Of a DNA stretch of 64,000 bases, positions 17,373-26,955 are shown in pieces. The position numbers and the translations under genes were made by a program. The stretch is from Planctomycetota bacterium. Lineage in GTDB: Bacteria > Planctomycetota > Planctomycetia > Pirellulales > PLA5. The DNA lies in assembly GCA_003576845.1 (NCBI GenBank), contig QEVJ01000010.1, forward strand, positions 706-64,705. Reading direction: 5' to 3'. The notes beneath the pieces are model-generated. The model saw only the letters and a list, made by a program, of their open reading frames with translations, was not told where the DNA came from and searched no databases. Position 1 is the first letter of the stretch. Every line of letters begins with the position of its first letter.

Positions 17373-19097
17373 GTGAATTCGCCGCTTTCTGCAACTCGAT
17401 TGCCCAGCCGGTCCGGCGTGGCGGCGCTTGGGCCGCGGGTTGGAAGTGCCGTTGGAGCGTGGCGGGGATCGACCGACGACCTCGCAACCGGAAGCAGTAC
17501 GATTGCGCGGGCGGTGGCGAGTCTGGACGCGATGGTTTTTTTCGTTGAGCACCACGGCCAGCTTGCCGCGGCATCTTCTGGCTCGGCTTTGCTCGACGCG
17601 ACGGGGACGGCGCCGATTTCCGACGCCGAGTTTTCCAGCGGCACACCTTACGACTCCCTGCCATTGCGGGCCATCGTTCCGCCGCTGCCGATCGAGCGGC
17701 TCGGCGATCCCGCGTTTCTCGCCGCGCATCGCGTTCGGGCGGCGTACATGGCCGGGTCGATGGCCAACGGCATCGCCTCGTGCGAACTGGTCGAAGCGCT
17801 CGCCGGCGAGGGTCTGTTGGCCTCGTTTGGCGCGGCCGGGTTGACGGTCGCCGAGGTCTCGCGGGCAATCGACCGGCTCGGCGCGCTCGGAAACCGGCCC
17901 CGCGCATTCAATTTGATTCATAGCCCTAACGAACCGGCCCACGAGGCGGCGGTCGTCGACCTGTACTTGCGGCGCAGCGTGCGGCTGGTCGAAGCCTCGG
18001 CTTATCTGGACCTGACGCTGCCGGTCGTTCGCTATCGCGTCGCCGGCATCCACGTCGACGCGACCGGCCGAGTCGTGGCGCCGAACAAGATCATCGCCAA
18101 AGCGTCGCGCGTCGAAGTCGCCGCGCGCTGGTTCAGTCCGCCGCCGGAAAAACTTCTCGCCGAGTTGGTTCGCTCGGACGAGATCACGCCGGACCAGGCC
18201 GCACTCGCACGCCGCATTCCGATGGCTCAAGACCTGACCGCCGAAGCCGACTCCGGCGGGCACACGGACAACCGTCCCGCGATTACGCTGTTGCCGACGA
18301 TGCTCGCGCTTCGCGACCGGCTGCAAGCCGAGCAGGGTTACGAGGAACCGCTGCGCGTCGGCGCGGCGGGTGGCATCGCCACGCCCGCTTCCGCCGCCGC
18401 GGCGTTTGCGATGGGGGCGGCGTACATCGTCACCGGCTCGATCAATCAAGCCTGCATCGAGTCGGGCACGAGCGACACGGTTCGGAGGATGCTTGCCGAA
18501 GCGCAACAAGCCGACGTGATCATGGCGCCGGCCGCGGATATGTTCGAGATGGGCATCAAGCTTCAGGTTCTCCGCCGGGGAACGATGTTCGCGATGCGGG
18601 CCGCGCGGCTCTACGAACTCTATCGCACCCATAACGCGCTCGAAGAAATACCGGCGGCGGAGCGAGCCGCGCTCGAAAAGACGATCTTCCGCGCTCCGCT
18701 CGAAGAAATCTGGAGGCAAACGCAGGCATTCTTTGCCGAGCGCGATCCGGCGCAGGTCGAACGCGCGGCGGGCGACCCGAAGCACAAAATGGCGCTCGTT
18801 TTTCGTTGGTATCTGGGCCTATCCAGTGTGTGGGCGAACCGGGGCGAAGCTTCGCGGCAGGTCGACTATCAAGTCTGGTGCGGCCCGGCGATGGGCGCGC
18901 TCAACGAGTGGACGAAGGACTCGCCGCTCGCACTGCCGGAGAATCGAAACGTCGCGACTCTCGCCTGGAATCTCCTCTACGGCGCGGCGGTAACGACGCG
19001 GATCGCCGCGGCACGCAACCAGGGTGTGGCCTTGCCCACCGAAGCGACGCAAGCGCGGCCGCGCGGCATGGCAGAGCTGACGGAGCATCTGCCATGA
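17373..19097 (+). CDS. pfaD: PfaD-family trans-acting enoyl reductase (PUFA/polyketide synthase component)
   Basis: 'AYMAGSMANGIAS', 'FNLIHSP', 'AEADSGGHTDNRP', 'GAAYIVTGSINQAC', 'APAADMFEMGIKLQVL' and 'FRWYLGLSS' match PfaD throughout. GTG start at 17373. The N-terminal 'IARAVASLDAMVFFVEHH' region still resembles PfaD, so the long start is preferred. Confidence 0.85.
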   Translation: MNSPLSATRLPSRSGVAALGPRVGSAVGAWRGSTDDLATGSSTIARAVASLDAMVFFVEHHGQLAAASSGSALLDATGTAPISDAEFSSGTPYDSLPLRAIVPPLPIERLGDPAFLAAHRVRAAYMAGSMANGIASCELVEALAGEGLLASFGAAGLTVAEVSRAIDRLGALGNRPRAFNLIHSPNEPAHEAAVVDLYLRRSVRLVEASAYLDLTLPVVRYRVAGIHVDATGRVVAPNKIIAKASRVEVAARWFSPPPEKLLAELVRSDEITPDQAALARRIPMAQDLTAEADSGGHTDNRPAITLLPTMLALRDRLQAEQGYEEPLRVGAAGGIATPASAAAAFAMGAAYIVTGSINQACIESGTSDTVRRMLAEAQQADVIMAPAADMFEMGIKLQVLRRGTMFAMRAARLYELYRTHNALEEIPAAERAALEKTIFRAPLEEIWRQTQAFFAERDPAQVERAAGDPKHKMALVFRWYLGLSSVWANRGEASRQVDYQVWCGPAMGALNEWTKDSPLALPENRNVATLAWNLLYGAAVTTRIAAARNQGVALPTEATQARPRGMAELTEHLP

Positions 19098-22000
19098 GCG
19101 CCGCGCCGCACGACACGACTAACGATTCGCCGTCGCGGGACGTCTGGCGCGAACCGCTGGCCATCGTTGGCATCGGCTGCCTGTTTCCGGGCGCGGATTC
19201 GCTCGATTCCTATTGGGCCAACATCCGCGCCGGCGTCGATTGCATCACGGAAGTTCCGCCGACGCACTGGAACGCAGCGGACTACTTCTCGGCGGATCCG
19301 GCCGCGCCCGACATGACGTATGCCCGTCGCGGCGGGTTCTTGGACGCTTACCCGTTCGACCCGCTGCGCTACGGCATCAGTCCCAACAACCTCGAAGCGA
19401 CCGATGCGACGCAGCTTCTCGGCCTGGTCGTCGCGGAACAAGCCTTGCGCGACGCCGGCTACTCCACGGGCCGCGACGCGGCGGATGGCAGACCGTTCGA
19501 CCGCGACCGAACGAGCGTGATCCTCGGTGTGACCGGCACGCTGCCCCTGGTGATCCCGCTCGGCGCGCGGCTTGGGCATCCGCTGTGGCGCAAGGCGCTT
19601 GCCGAAGCCGGCGTACCCAAGGAGGTTGCCGACGACGTCGTTGCCCGCATCGCCGATGGCTACGTGCCGTGGCAAGAGAACTCGTTTCCGGGCTTGCTGG
19701 GCAACGTCGCGGCGGGGCGGATCGCCAATCGCTTCGATCTGGGCGGCACGAACTGTGTCGTCGACTCGGCCTGCGCCAGTTCGTTGAGCGCCTTGCACAT
19801 GGCCGCGATGGAGTTGCACGCGGGCCGGGCCGACATGGTGCTCTCCGGCGGGTTCGACACGTTCAACGACATCTTCATGTACATGTGCTTTAGCAAAACG
19901 CCGGCCCTGTCGCCCACGGGCGATAGCAAGCCGTTCGCGGCCGACGGCGACGGCACGATTCTCGGCGAAGGCCTGGGCATGGTGGTGCTCAAGCGCTTGT
20001 CCGACGCGCGGCGCGACGGCGACCGGGTGTATGCGGCGATTCGAGGCATCGGCTCGTCGAGCGACGGCCGCGGCAACGCGATCTATGCGCCGAGCGCCGC
20101 CGGACAGAAAAAGGCCCTGCGTTCCGCGTACCGCGTCGCCGGCGTTTCGCCACGCACGATCGAACTCGTGGAAGCTCACGGGACCGGCACGAAAGTCGGC
20201 GATCTCACCGAAACCACGTCGCTTGCCGAGGTCTTTCGCGAAGAAGGCGGCGGCGGAACCTGGTGCGCGGTCGGCTCGGTGAAGTCGATGATCGGCCACA
20301 CCAAAGCGGCCGCCGGCGTGGCGGGACTCATCAAAGCCGCGATGGCGCTCAACGACAAGGTGCTGCCGCCGACACTGAAGGTCGACGAACCGCTCGAACC
20401 GCTGTTGCCGGGCAACTCGCCGGCGTATGCCAACACGCTCGCTCGGCCGTGGGTCGCGTCCGAAAACCATCCGCGGCGGGCGGCGCTTTCCGCGTTTGGC
20501 TTCGGCGGCAGCAATTTTCATTGCGTCCTCGAAGAGGCCGAGCCCGCGCGGGCGACGACGCGGTGGGACGGCCGCGTGCAGATTCTCGCCTTCAGTGGCG
20601 CCACGCCGCGAGCGCTCGAAGACCAACTCGCTGCCATCGACGCGCAGGCTTCGTGGAAAGACATCCGCAACGCGGCGGCCCGCTCGCGAACGGTTTTCGA
20701 CGGATCGCAAGCGTGTCGGCTGACAATCGTCGTCGAACGCGACCGCACGGGCGTGGCCAAGCTGGTCGCAGGCGCTCGGAGAATGCTCGCCGCAAGGAAC
20801 GGGGAAGCAGACGAGTCGGCGCACCGGTCGACTCCCGACGGCGCGTATTGCGCTTCCGGTCCGCGGCGCGGGAAACTTGCGGTGCTGTTTCCGGGCCAGG
20901 GTTCACAATACGTCTACATGCAGCTCGAGCTTGCGTGTCAGTTTCCCGAAGCGCTTGCGGCGTTGGAAGCGATGGACCGCACATTCGGACGGGGCGAGCC
21001 GGGCGAGCGACTGCGCGACTATCTGTACCCGCCGCCGGTTTTTTGCGACGCGGATCGCGCGGCGCAGGACGAGCGGCTGCGTGCCACAGAGATCGCTCAG
21101 CCCGCGCTTGGTGCGGCGAGTCTTGGCGCGTGGCGCGTGATCGAGTCGTTCGGAATGTCGGCCGATGCTTTCGCGGGGCACAGTTTTGGCGAACTGGTCG
21201 CGCTGTGTGCGGCGGGGCGCATCGGGGAACGCGACTTTGGGCGGCTCGCCGTGGAGCGCGGCCGAGCGATGAGCGCCGCTTCCGCCGGTCGCGGAGCGAT
21301 GCTGGCGGTCGTTGCCTCGGCCGGCGCGGTTCGCGAAGCGCTCGCGGCGGCAAAGCTGAATCTCACGCTCGCCAACCACAACGGCCCCGCGCAGGTCGTT
21401 CTCTCCGGCGAGGCGGAGGAGATTGCCCGCGCCGCGGCCTGGTTCGGCGAGAGGAACATGCGCACGGTGAAGCTGCCGGTATCGGCCGCGTTTCACAGTC
21501 CACTGGTCGCCGGCGCGGAGGCCGTGTTTGCCCGCGCGGTGGCGGAGGTCGACTTTTCCGCCGGCACGACGGCGGTGTTCTCGAACACGACCGCGGCGGA
21601 ATACCCGCGCGAGGCGGAGGCGGCGCGCAAGCTGCTCGCCCGTCAACTCGCGCAGCCGGTGAAGTTCGTGGACGAGATCGAGGCGCTGTACGCGGCGGGC
21701 GTGCGAACGTTCGTCGAGGTTGGGCCGCAAGCGAAACTCGCGGCGCTCGTCCGGGCGATTCTCGGCAATCGTCCCCATGCGGCGGTGGCCACCGACAACT
21801 CGGCAGGCCGGCGTTCTGGCCAGTTCGATCTTGCCTGCGCGCTTGCGGAACTCGCGGTGCTCGGCGAGCGGGTTGAATTGGCGAAATGGGATCCGCAGAA
21901 GGTCGAACAAACACCGGCGAAGAAGCCCGGCCTGATCGTTCCGCTTACGGGTGCGAACTACGTCAAGCCCCGACCCGCGCGACCGAAGCGCGAAGGAACT

Positions 22001-25000
22001 TGGGATTCGGGAGTCGGGAGTCGGGATTCGGGGAGCGTGCATGGCGAGCCGCAACGCGCCGATAGGAAGACGCCGGTCGAACCCGTGCCGCACACCGAAC
22101 ACAGCATTCCATCCCCCGCGGTGCAGTCCCCAAGCCCGCCGCTCTCCGAACGCCCGCGCGTCCTCCCCGAATCCCGAATCCCGAATCCCGAATCCCTTCC
22201 AGACCGTCCCGCGCCCCTCACGCAGCCTGCCATGGAACTCGACCAAGCCTTGCGTCTCAACGAACAAAGCATCCTCGCGCTCGAGCGGATGCAGGAGCAA
22301 ACTGCGCAGCTCCACCGCCAATATCTCGAAGGGCAACTCATTGCCCAACGCACGGTCGAACAGTTGATCGAGCAACAGCAATGGCTGCTCGGGGCGGCGC
22401 TGGGTGGCTCGGGGCGCGGGACGCGGGACGCGGGGAGGATTCGGGATTCGGAATTCGGGACTCGGGATTCGGGGGCGTCGCTGCGCGACGGACAGGAGTC
22501 AGACCGGAGCCAGGCGTTGCCGGTCCCGGCGACTCGCGCGGCTCAGCCGATCGCCACGCGCCCGATAGGCACTGCACCCGCTCCGGTCGCTGCGGCGCCA
22601 GTAGCTGGCACGCCGCGCATCGCAACACCTGCGGCGCCCTCGGCTGTCTTGTTCTCCGTGCCCTCTGAGTCCTCTGTTGTCAAGGAACCAACTCACGATC
22701 TCGCAACGGCGCTGCTGGAAATCGTGGCCGAGAAGACCGGCTATCCGCCGGAGACGCTCGACCTGGATATGAGCCTCGACGCGGACCTGGGGATCGACTC
22801 GATCAAGCGGGTGGAGATCATGTCGGCCGTGCAGGAGCGATTGCCCGACGCGCCGGCGGTTCGCCCGGACGATTTGGGCCGGTTGCAAACCCTCCGCGAA
22901 ATCGTCGATTTCCTCGCTGCCAACGTGCCGCTAGGCGCACCGCCGCCGCCTTCCTCGGTGTCCTCTGTGATGCCCTCCGTGTCTTCTGTGTTTAAGGAAC
23001 CACGTCTCCCCGCGCGAGGCTTTACCGGCACGCTGCTCGAAGTCGTCGCCGAGAAGACCGGCTATCCGGTCGAGGCGCTCGAACTGGACATGAGTCTCGA
23101 CGCCGACCTCGGCATCGATTCGATCAAGCGAGTGGAAATTCTTTCGGCGCTACAGGAGCGGATGCCCGACGCACCGGCGGTGAAGCCGGACGACCTCGGT
23201 CGGCTGCAAACGCTTCGGCAGATCGTGGCGTTTCTCGACGACGGCTCGGCGGGCAATGGAACGAGCGCCGGCGCCGCGGCAAACCCTACTTTGCCGGCAG
23301 CGCCCGCTAGCGACGCAGCGCTGCCGGTGGAAGAGAACGTCGCTCCTGCCGCGGTCGGAGAATCCGCTGCGGAGAACCTCACGCGTCGCGTGTTGCGGCT
23401 TGCGCCGATTTCGACGCCGCGTCCGCCGATCGCGCTCGATCGTGCGGCGGAGTTTTGGATCGCCGGCGAAGGGGAGCTGGCCGAGGCATTGCGGCGCGAG
23501 TTGATTGCACGCCGCGTGGTGGCTCGTGTCGTTCCGCTCGACGCGGTGCTCGGCGACCGGCCAGTCTGCGGGTTATGCATCGTGGCTCCGGGCAAGGACG
23601 CCGCGACCGCGGTGAAGCACCGCCGCGGCAAGGCATCGTCTTCGTCCGCGGACCCAGGACGGTTCGTTGCCGAGGCGTTTGGGTTGTTGCAGCGGTCGGG
23701 ACCCGGGCTGCGCAAGACGGGGCGTACTTCCGCCGCCGTGCTGGCGACCGTGTCGCACCTAGGTGGCGGGTTTGCGATTGACGGCGCCGTGGGCGATGAG
23801 CCGATTACGGGAGCGCTTGCGGGATTGGTCAAGACGGCCGGCCTCGAATGGCCCGAGGTCCACGCCAAGGCGATCGACGTCGAAGACACACTTGACGTTG
23901 AAACGCTTGCGCGGCGAATCGCCGACGAGTTGCTGGTCGCCGGTCCGATCGAAGTCGGCATTGCGGGCGAGGGTCCGCTGTGCGTCGAGTTGGTTGGCGA
24001 GGCGCCGGGTCGATCGGGTCGGACGCCGCTGGGTTCTCGCGACGTGGTCGTTGTCAGCGGCGGCGCGCGTGGCGTCGCGGCAGAGTCCGCCGTCGCGCTC
24101 GCTGCCAAATATGGTTGCACGCTCCTGTTGCTCGGCCGCAGTCCCGAGCCGACGCCGGAGCCGACCTGGGCGACGGGGCTGGTTGCTGAAGTGGACATCA
24201 AGCGGGCGATCGTGAAGGAGCATGCCGGGCCGATCGCGCCCAAAGTGGTGGAGTTTCAATGCCGCCGTCTGCTCGCGAGCCGCGAGATCGCTCGCACGCT
24301 CGCTCGCATCGAAGCGGCGGGCGGGCAGGCGGCGTATCGTTCGGTCGACGTCCGCGATGCCGCGGCGTTGGGCGCAGTGCTGGCCGATGCCCGCGAGCAT
24401 CTCGGTCCGATCCGCGGCGTGGTTCATGCGGCGGGCGTGTTGGCCGACCGGTTGATCGAAGACAAGACCGACGAGCAGTTCGCGGACGTGTGGTCGACGA
24501 AGGTCGACGGCGCGCTCGCGTTGCTTGGGGCGACGGCCGGCGACGATTTGGCCGTGCTGGCGTTTTTCTCGTCGTCGACTGCGCGGTTCGGCCGCAAGGG
24601 GCAAATCGACTACGCCGCGGCCAATGAAGCGCTCAACAAGTTGGCCCAGCGCGAAGCGAGTCGCCGCTCCGGGTGCCGCGTCGTTTCGATCAACTGGGGA
24701 CCGTGGGACGGCGGAATGGTTACGCCGGCGCTTAAGAAACTCTTCGCCGCAGAGGGCGTCGGGGTGATTGGACTTTCGGCCGGTGCGCAATTCCTGGCCG
24801 ACGAACTCACGACCGCGCCCGGTGGGCCGGTGGAGATCGTCGTGCTCGGTCCGCAACCGGCAAGCGCGGACGCCGTTGCAACGCCCCATGCCAAGGCTAG
24901 TGCCGAATCGCTGCCGCAACCGCGCGAGGCCAAGCCCACCGCCGCGTTGCACCGGGCGTTCGAGCGCGAGTTGAGCGTCGACGCTTGCCCCGTGCTTCGG

Positions 25001-25789
25001 TCGCACGTCATCAATGGGCGCGCCGTGCTGCCGATGGCCCTGATGGTCGAATGGCTCGCCCACGCGGCGCTGCACGACAATCCCGGCCTCGAATTCCTGG
25101 GTCTCGACGATCTTCGCGTGTTCAAGGGGGTGATTCTCGAACCGGACCAGCGGCTTTTGCTCCGCGCGGTCGCGTCTGCGCCGGAAGCGCACGAAGGCGC
25201 GGAGATCGTGCAGGTCGAACTGCACAGCGGCAGTACGCTGCACGCGCGGGCGCGCGTCGTGCTCGGCGACGAGCGGGGGAGCGGCGCGCCGACGCTCGCA
25301 TTTGCCGGGGGCGGGGCGCTGGCCGATCCCAACGTCTACGACGGCGTGCGGTTGTTTCACGGCGGCGATCTGCACGGGATCGTTCGGGTCGAAACGTGCG
25401 GCGAGGCTGGAATCGTCGCGGACACGCTCACCGCGCCGCCGCCGGCCGCCTGGATTCGCGAGCCGCTGCGCAACCGCTGGCTCGCCGATCCGCTGGCGCT
25501 GGATGCGGCGTTTCAGTTGATGATCGTGTGGTGCTTCGAGCAGCGGGGCATCGGCTCGCTGCCGACGCGACTCGGGCGGTATCGGCAGTTCGTGCGTGCG
25601 TTCCCAGCCGCCGGCGTGCGGACGACGATTCGCGTCGATCGCCAAGGCCCGCACCAAGCCGAGGCGACGATCGAGTTTACCGATGCCGCGGGCAAGCTCG
25701 TCGCGCGGATCGAAGGCTACGAGTGCGTGCTCGATGCATCGCTCGGCGAGGCGTTCGCCCGCAACGCGCTGCCGGCCGAAGTGAGTTGA
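19094..25789 (+). CDS. pfaA: PfaA-like iterative type I PKS: KS-AT-(linker/coiled coil)-ACP-ACP-KR-DH
   Basis: ATG 19094 overlaps the pfaD stop (ATGA). KS: 'DSACASS' (Cys227), 'EAHGTGT', 'GHTKAAAG'. AT: 'FPGQGSQ', 'GHSFGE' (Ser697). Two ACPs: 'LGIDSIKRVEI' (Ser1236, Ser1343). KR: 'VVVVSGGARGVAAE'. PKS-type DH: 'HVINGRAVLP'. The part of the ORF upstream of 19094 overlaps pfaD and is junk-like. Confidence 0.9.
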   Translation: MSAAPHDTTNDSPSRDVWREPLAIVGIGCLFPGADSLDSYWANIRAGVDCITEVPPTHWNAADYFSADPAAPDMTYARRGGFLDAYPFDPLRYGISPNNLEATDATQLLGLVVAEQALRDAGYSTGRDAADGRPFDRDRTSVILGVTGTLPLVIPLGARLGHPLWRKALAEAGVPKEVADDVVARIADGYVPWQENSFPGLLGNVAAGRIANRFDLGGTNCVVDSACASSLSALHMAAMELHAGRADMVLSGGFDTFNDIFMYMCFSKTPALSPTGDSKPFAADGDGTILGEGLGMVVLKRLSDARRDGDRVYAAIRGIGSSSDGRGNAIYAPSAAGQKKALRSAYRVAGVSPRTIELVEAHGTGTKVGDLTETTSLAEVFREEGGGGTWCAVGSVKSMIGHTKAAAGVAGLIKAAMALNDKVLPPTLKVDEPLEPLLPGNSPAYANTLARPWVASENHPRRAALSAFGFGGSNFHCVLEEAEPARATTRWDGRVQILAFSGATPRALEDQLAAIDAQASWKDIRNAAARSRTVFDGSQACRLTIVVERDRTGVAKLVAGARRMLAARNGEADESAHRSTPDGAYCASGPRRGKLAVLFPGQGSQYVYMQLELACQFPEALAALEAMDRTFGRGEPGERLRDYLYPPPVFCDADRAAQDERLRATEIAQPALGAASLGAWRVIESFGMSADAFAGHSFGELVALCAAGRIGERDFGRLAVERGRAMSAASAGRGAMLAVVASAGAVREALAAAKLNLTLANHNGPAQVVLSGEAEEIARAAAWFGERNMRTVKLPVSAAFHSPLVAGAEAVFARAVAEVDFSAGTTAVFSNTTAAEYPREAEAARKLLARQLAQPVKFVDEIEALYAAGVRTFVEVGPQAKLAALVRAILGNRPHAAVATDNSAGRRSGQFDLACALAELAVLGERVELAKWDPQKVEQTPAKKPGLIVPLTGANYVKPRPARPKREGTWDSGVGSRDSGSVHGEPQRADRKTPVEPVPHTEHSIPSPAVQSPSPPLSERPRVLPESRIPNPESLPDRPAPLTQPAMELDQALRLNEQSILALERMQEQTAQLHRQYLEGQLIAQRTVEQLIEQQQWLLGAALGGSGRGTRDAGRIRDSEFGTRDSGASLRDGQESDRSQALPVPATRAAQPIATRPIGTAPAPVAAAPVAGTPRIATPAAPSAVLFSVPSESSVVKEPTHDLATALLEIVAEKTGYPPETLDLDMSLDADLGIDSIKRVEIMSAVQERLPDAPAVRPDDLGRLQTLREIVDFLAANVPLGAPPPPSSVSSVMPSVSSVFKEPRLPARGFTGTLLEVVAEKTGYPVEALELDMSLDADLGIDSIKRVEILSALQERMPDAPAVKPDDLGRLQTLRQIVAFLDDGSAGNGTSAGAAANPTLPAAPASDAALPVEENVAPAAVGESAAENLTRRVLRLAPISTPRPPIALDRAAEFWIAGEGELAEALRRELIARRVVARVVPLDAVLGDRPVCGLCIVAPGKDAATAVKHRRGKASSSSADPGRFVAEAFGLLQRSGPGLRKTGRTSAAVLATVSHLGGGFAIDGAVGDEPITGALAGLVKTAGLEWPEVHAKAIDVEDTLDVETLARRIADELLVAGPIEVGIAGEGPLCVELVGEAPGRSGRTPLGSRDVVVVSGGARGVAAESAVALAAKYGCTLLLLGRSPEPTPEPTWATGLVAEVDIKRAIVKEHAGPIAPKVVEFQCRRLLASREIARTLARIEAAGGQAAYRSVDVRDAAALGAVLADAREHLGPIRGVVHAAGVLADRLIEDKTDEQFADVWSTKVDGALALLGATAGDDLAVLAFFSSSTARFGRKGQIDYAAANEALNKLAQREASRRSGCRVVSINWGPWDGGMVTPALKKLFAAEGVGVIGLSAGAQFLADELTTAPGGPVEIVVLGPQPASADAVATPHAKASAESLPQPREAKPTAALHRAFERELSVDACPVLRSHVINGRAVLPMALMVEWLAHAALHDNPGLEFLGLDDLRVFKGVILEPDQRLLLRAVASAPEAHEGAEIVQVELHSGSTLHARARVVLGDERGSGAPTLAFAGGGALADPNVYDGVRLFHGGDLHGIVRVETCGEAGIVADTLTAPPPAAWIREPLRNRWLADPLALDAAFQLMIVWCFEQRGIGSLPTRLGRYRQFVRAFPAAGVRTTIRVDRQGPHQAEATIEFTDAAGKLVARIEGYECVLDASLGEAFARNALPAEVS
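22002..22475. repeat. Three copies of a GGGATTC-heptamer repeat element inside the pfaA linker (two direct, one inverted)
   Basis: 22002-22035 is gggattcgggagtcgggagtcgggattcggggag. 22163-22196 is ctccccgaatcccgaatcccgaatcccgaatccc, its reverse complement at 32 of 34 positions. 22437-22475 is ggattcgggattcggaattcgggactcgggattcggggg. Confidence 0.9.
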
Positions 25790-25803
25790 GTGTCAGAACG
25801 ACG

Positions 25804-26763
25804 ATGACCGCGCCGCGAACCGTCACCGTGACCGCCGGCAGCCGATTGCACTTCGGCCTGTTCGCGTTCGACGCGGCCGATGGGCCGAGCTACGGGGGCG
25901 TGGGCGCGATGATCGCTGAGCCGAAGCTGCAAGTCCGCGCCGAGCACGCCGCGAGCTTTTCCGCACGCGGACCGCTGGCCGAGCGCGCGGCGGCGGTCAC
26001 GCGGCTCGTCGAATCCGGGTTGGTTGCCGAAATGCCGCGGCGCCGCGTCGAAGTGCTTGCCGCGCCTGTGCCGCACTCCGGACTCGGCAGCGGCACGCAA
26101 TTGTCGCTGGCCGCGGCCACGGCGGTGGTCACGCTTGCGGGAGGCGCGTTGCCGAATGTCGCGGAGCTCGCCCAACGTCTCGGTCGCGGACGCCGATCGG
26201 CGATCGGGACCTATGGATTCGCCCAAGGCGGATTGCTGGTCGATTCCGGAAGATTGTCGGTGGACGCGGTTGCGCCGCTGGCCACGCGCGTTGCGCTTCC
26301 GGATGCTTGGCGCGTGCTGTTGTTGCTGCCGAGCCGCGAACAGGGCCTGGCCGGCGACGCGGAGGAACGGGCGTTTGCGCGGCTGGCGGCGGTGGCTGCG
26401 GCGACGACGGCGAAGTTGCGGCAACTAGCGCTTGAAGAAATCGTGCCCGCCGCAAGCGCGGCCGACCTCAATCGGTTCGCCGCCGCGGTGAGCCGCTTCA
26501 ACCGGCTCTCGGGCGAATGTTTCGCCGCTGTACAAGGTGGACCGTACTCATCGCCGCTGGCGGCGCGGTGGGTCGAGCGGCTCGGCGCGCTTGGGGCACC
26601 CGCCGGGCAGTCGTCTTGGGGGCCGACGCTGTTCGCGTTTGCCGCAGACGAGTTGCAGGCCGTTCGCGTGGCGGACGCGATTCGCGACGATGCCCGCGCC
26701 GACGGCTGGGCGGTTCGCGTCGTGCGACCGCTCAACGCCGGGGCAAGCATCGACGTGGGCTGA
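25804..26763 (+). CDS. mptG: Beta-ribofuranosylaminobenzene 5'-phosphate synthase (methanopterin biosynthesis, GHMP-kinase fold)
   Basis: ATG 25804, 14 nt after the pfaA stop. 'GSRLHFGLF', 'GGVGAMI', 'PHSGLGSGTQLSLAAA', 'RSAIGTYGFAQGGLLVD' are the family pattern as I recall it. Confidence 0.75.
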   Translation: MTAPRTVTVTAGSRLHFGLFAFDAADGPSYGGVGAMIAEPKLQVRAEHAASFSARGPLAERAAAVTRLVESGLVAEMPRRRVEVLAAPVPHSGLGSGTQLSLAAATAVVTLAGGALPNVAELAQRLGRGRRSAIGTYGFAQGGLLVDSGRLSVDAVAPLATRVALPDAWRVLLLLPSREQGLAGDAEERAFARLAAVAAATTAKLRQLALEEIVPAASAADLNRFAAAVSRFNRLSGECFAAVQGGPYSSPLAARWVERLGALGAPAGQSSWGPTLFAFAADELQAVRVADAIRDDARADGWAVRVVRPLNAGASIDVG

Positions 26764-26955
26764 TCCTGCAGACGCCAATAGACCGCACATTCCGCTCGAC
26801 TTGCGTAACCGCGTTTTCCGCCCAGGCCGTATCGCGCCATTGTCTGGACGCGGCGAGCCGAAAAATGCCACAATAGAATAGGCACGTTCGGCGACATCGG
26901 AACAAACCGCGCCATTTGCAACGCACCTCCCGCGCGCAGAGCCGCCCCGCACCGT

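Noticed and set aside
18806-19093. N-terminal 96-codon extension of the pfaA ORF given by the ORF track
   Set aside because: It lies entirely inside pfaD in another frame and is junk-like (RR/GG-rich). The KS homology starts right after ATG 19094, which forms an ATGA overlap with the pfaD stop.
22002-22475. Possible CRISPR-like or VNTR array (repeated GGGATTC units)
   Set aside because: The units are 7 nt long and directly tandem, with no spacers of uniform length. The copies are in mixed orientation and lie inside a continuous, homologous PKS reading frame. This is not a CRISPR array.
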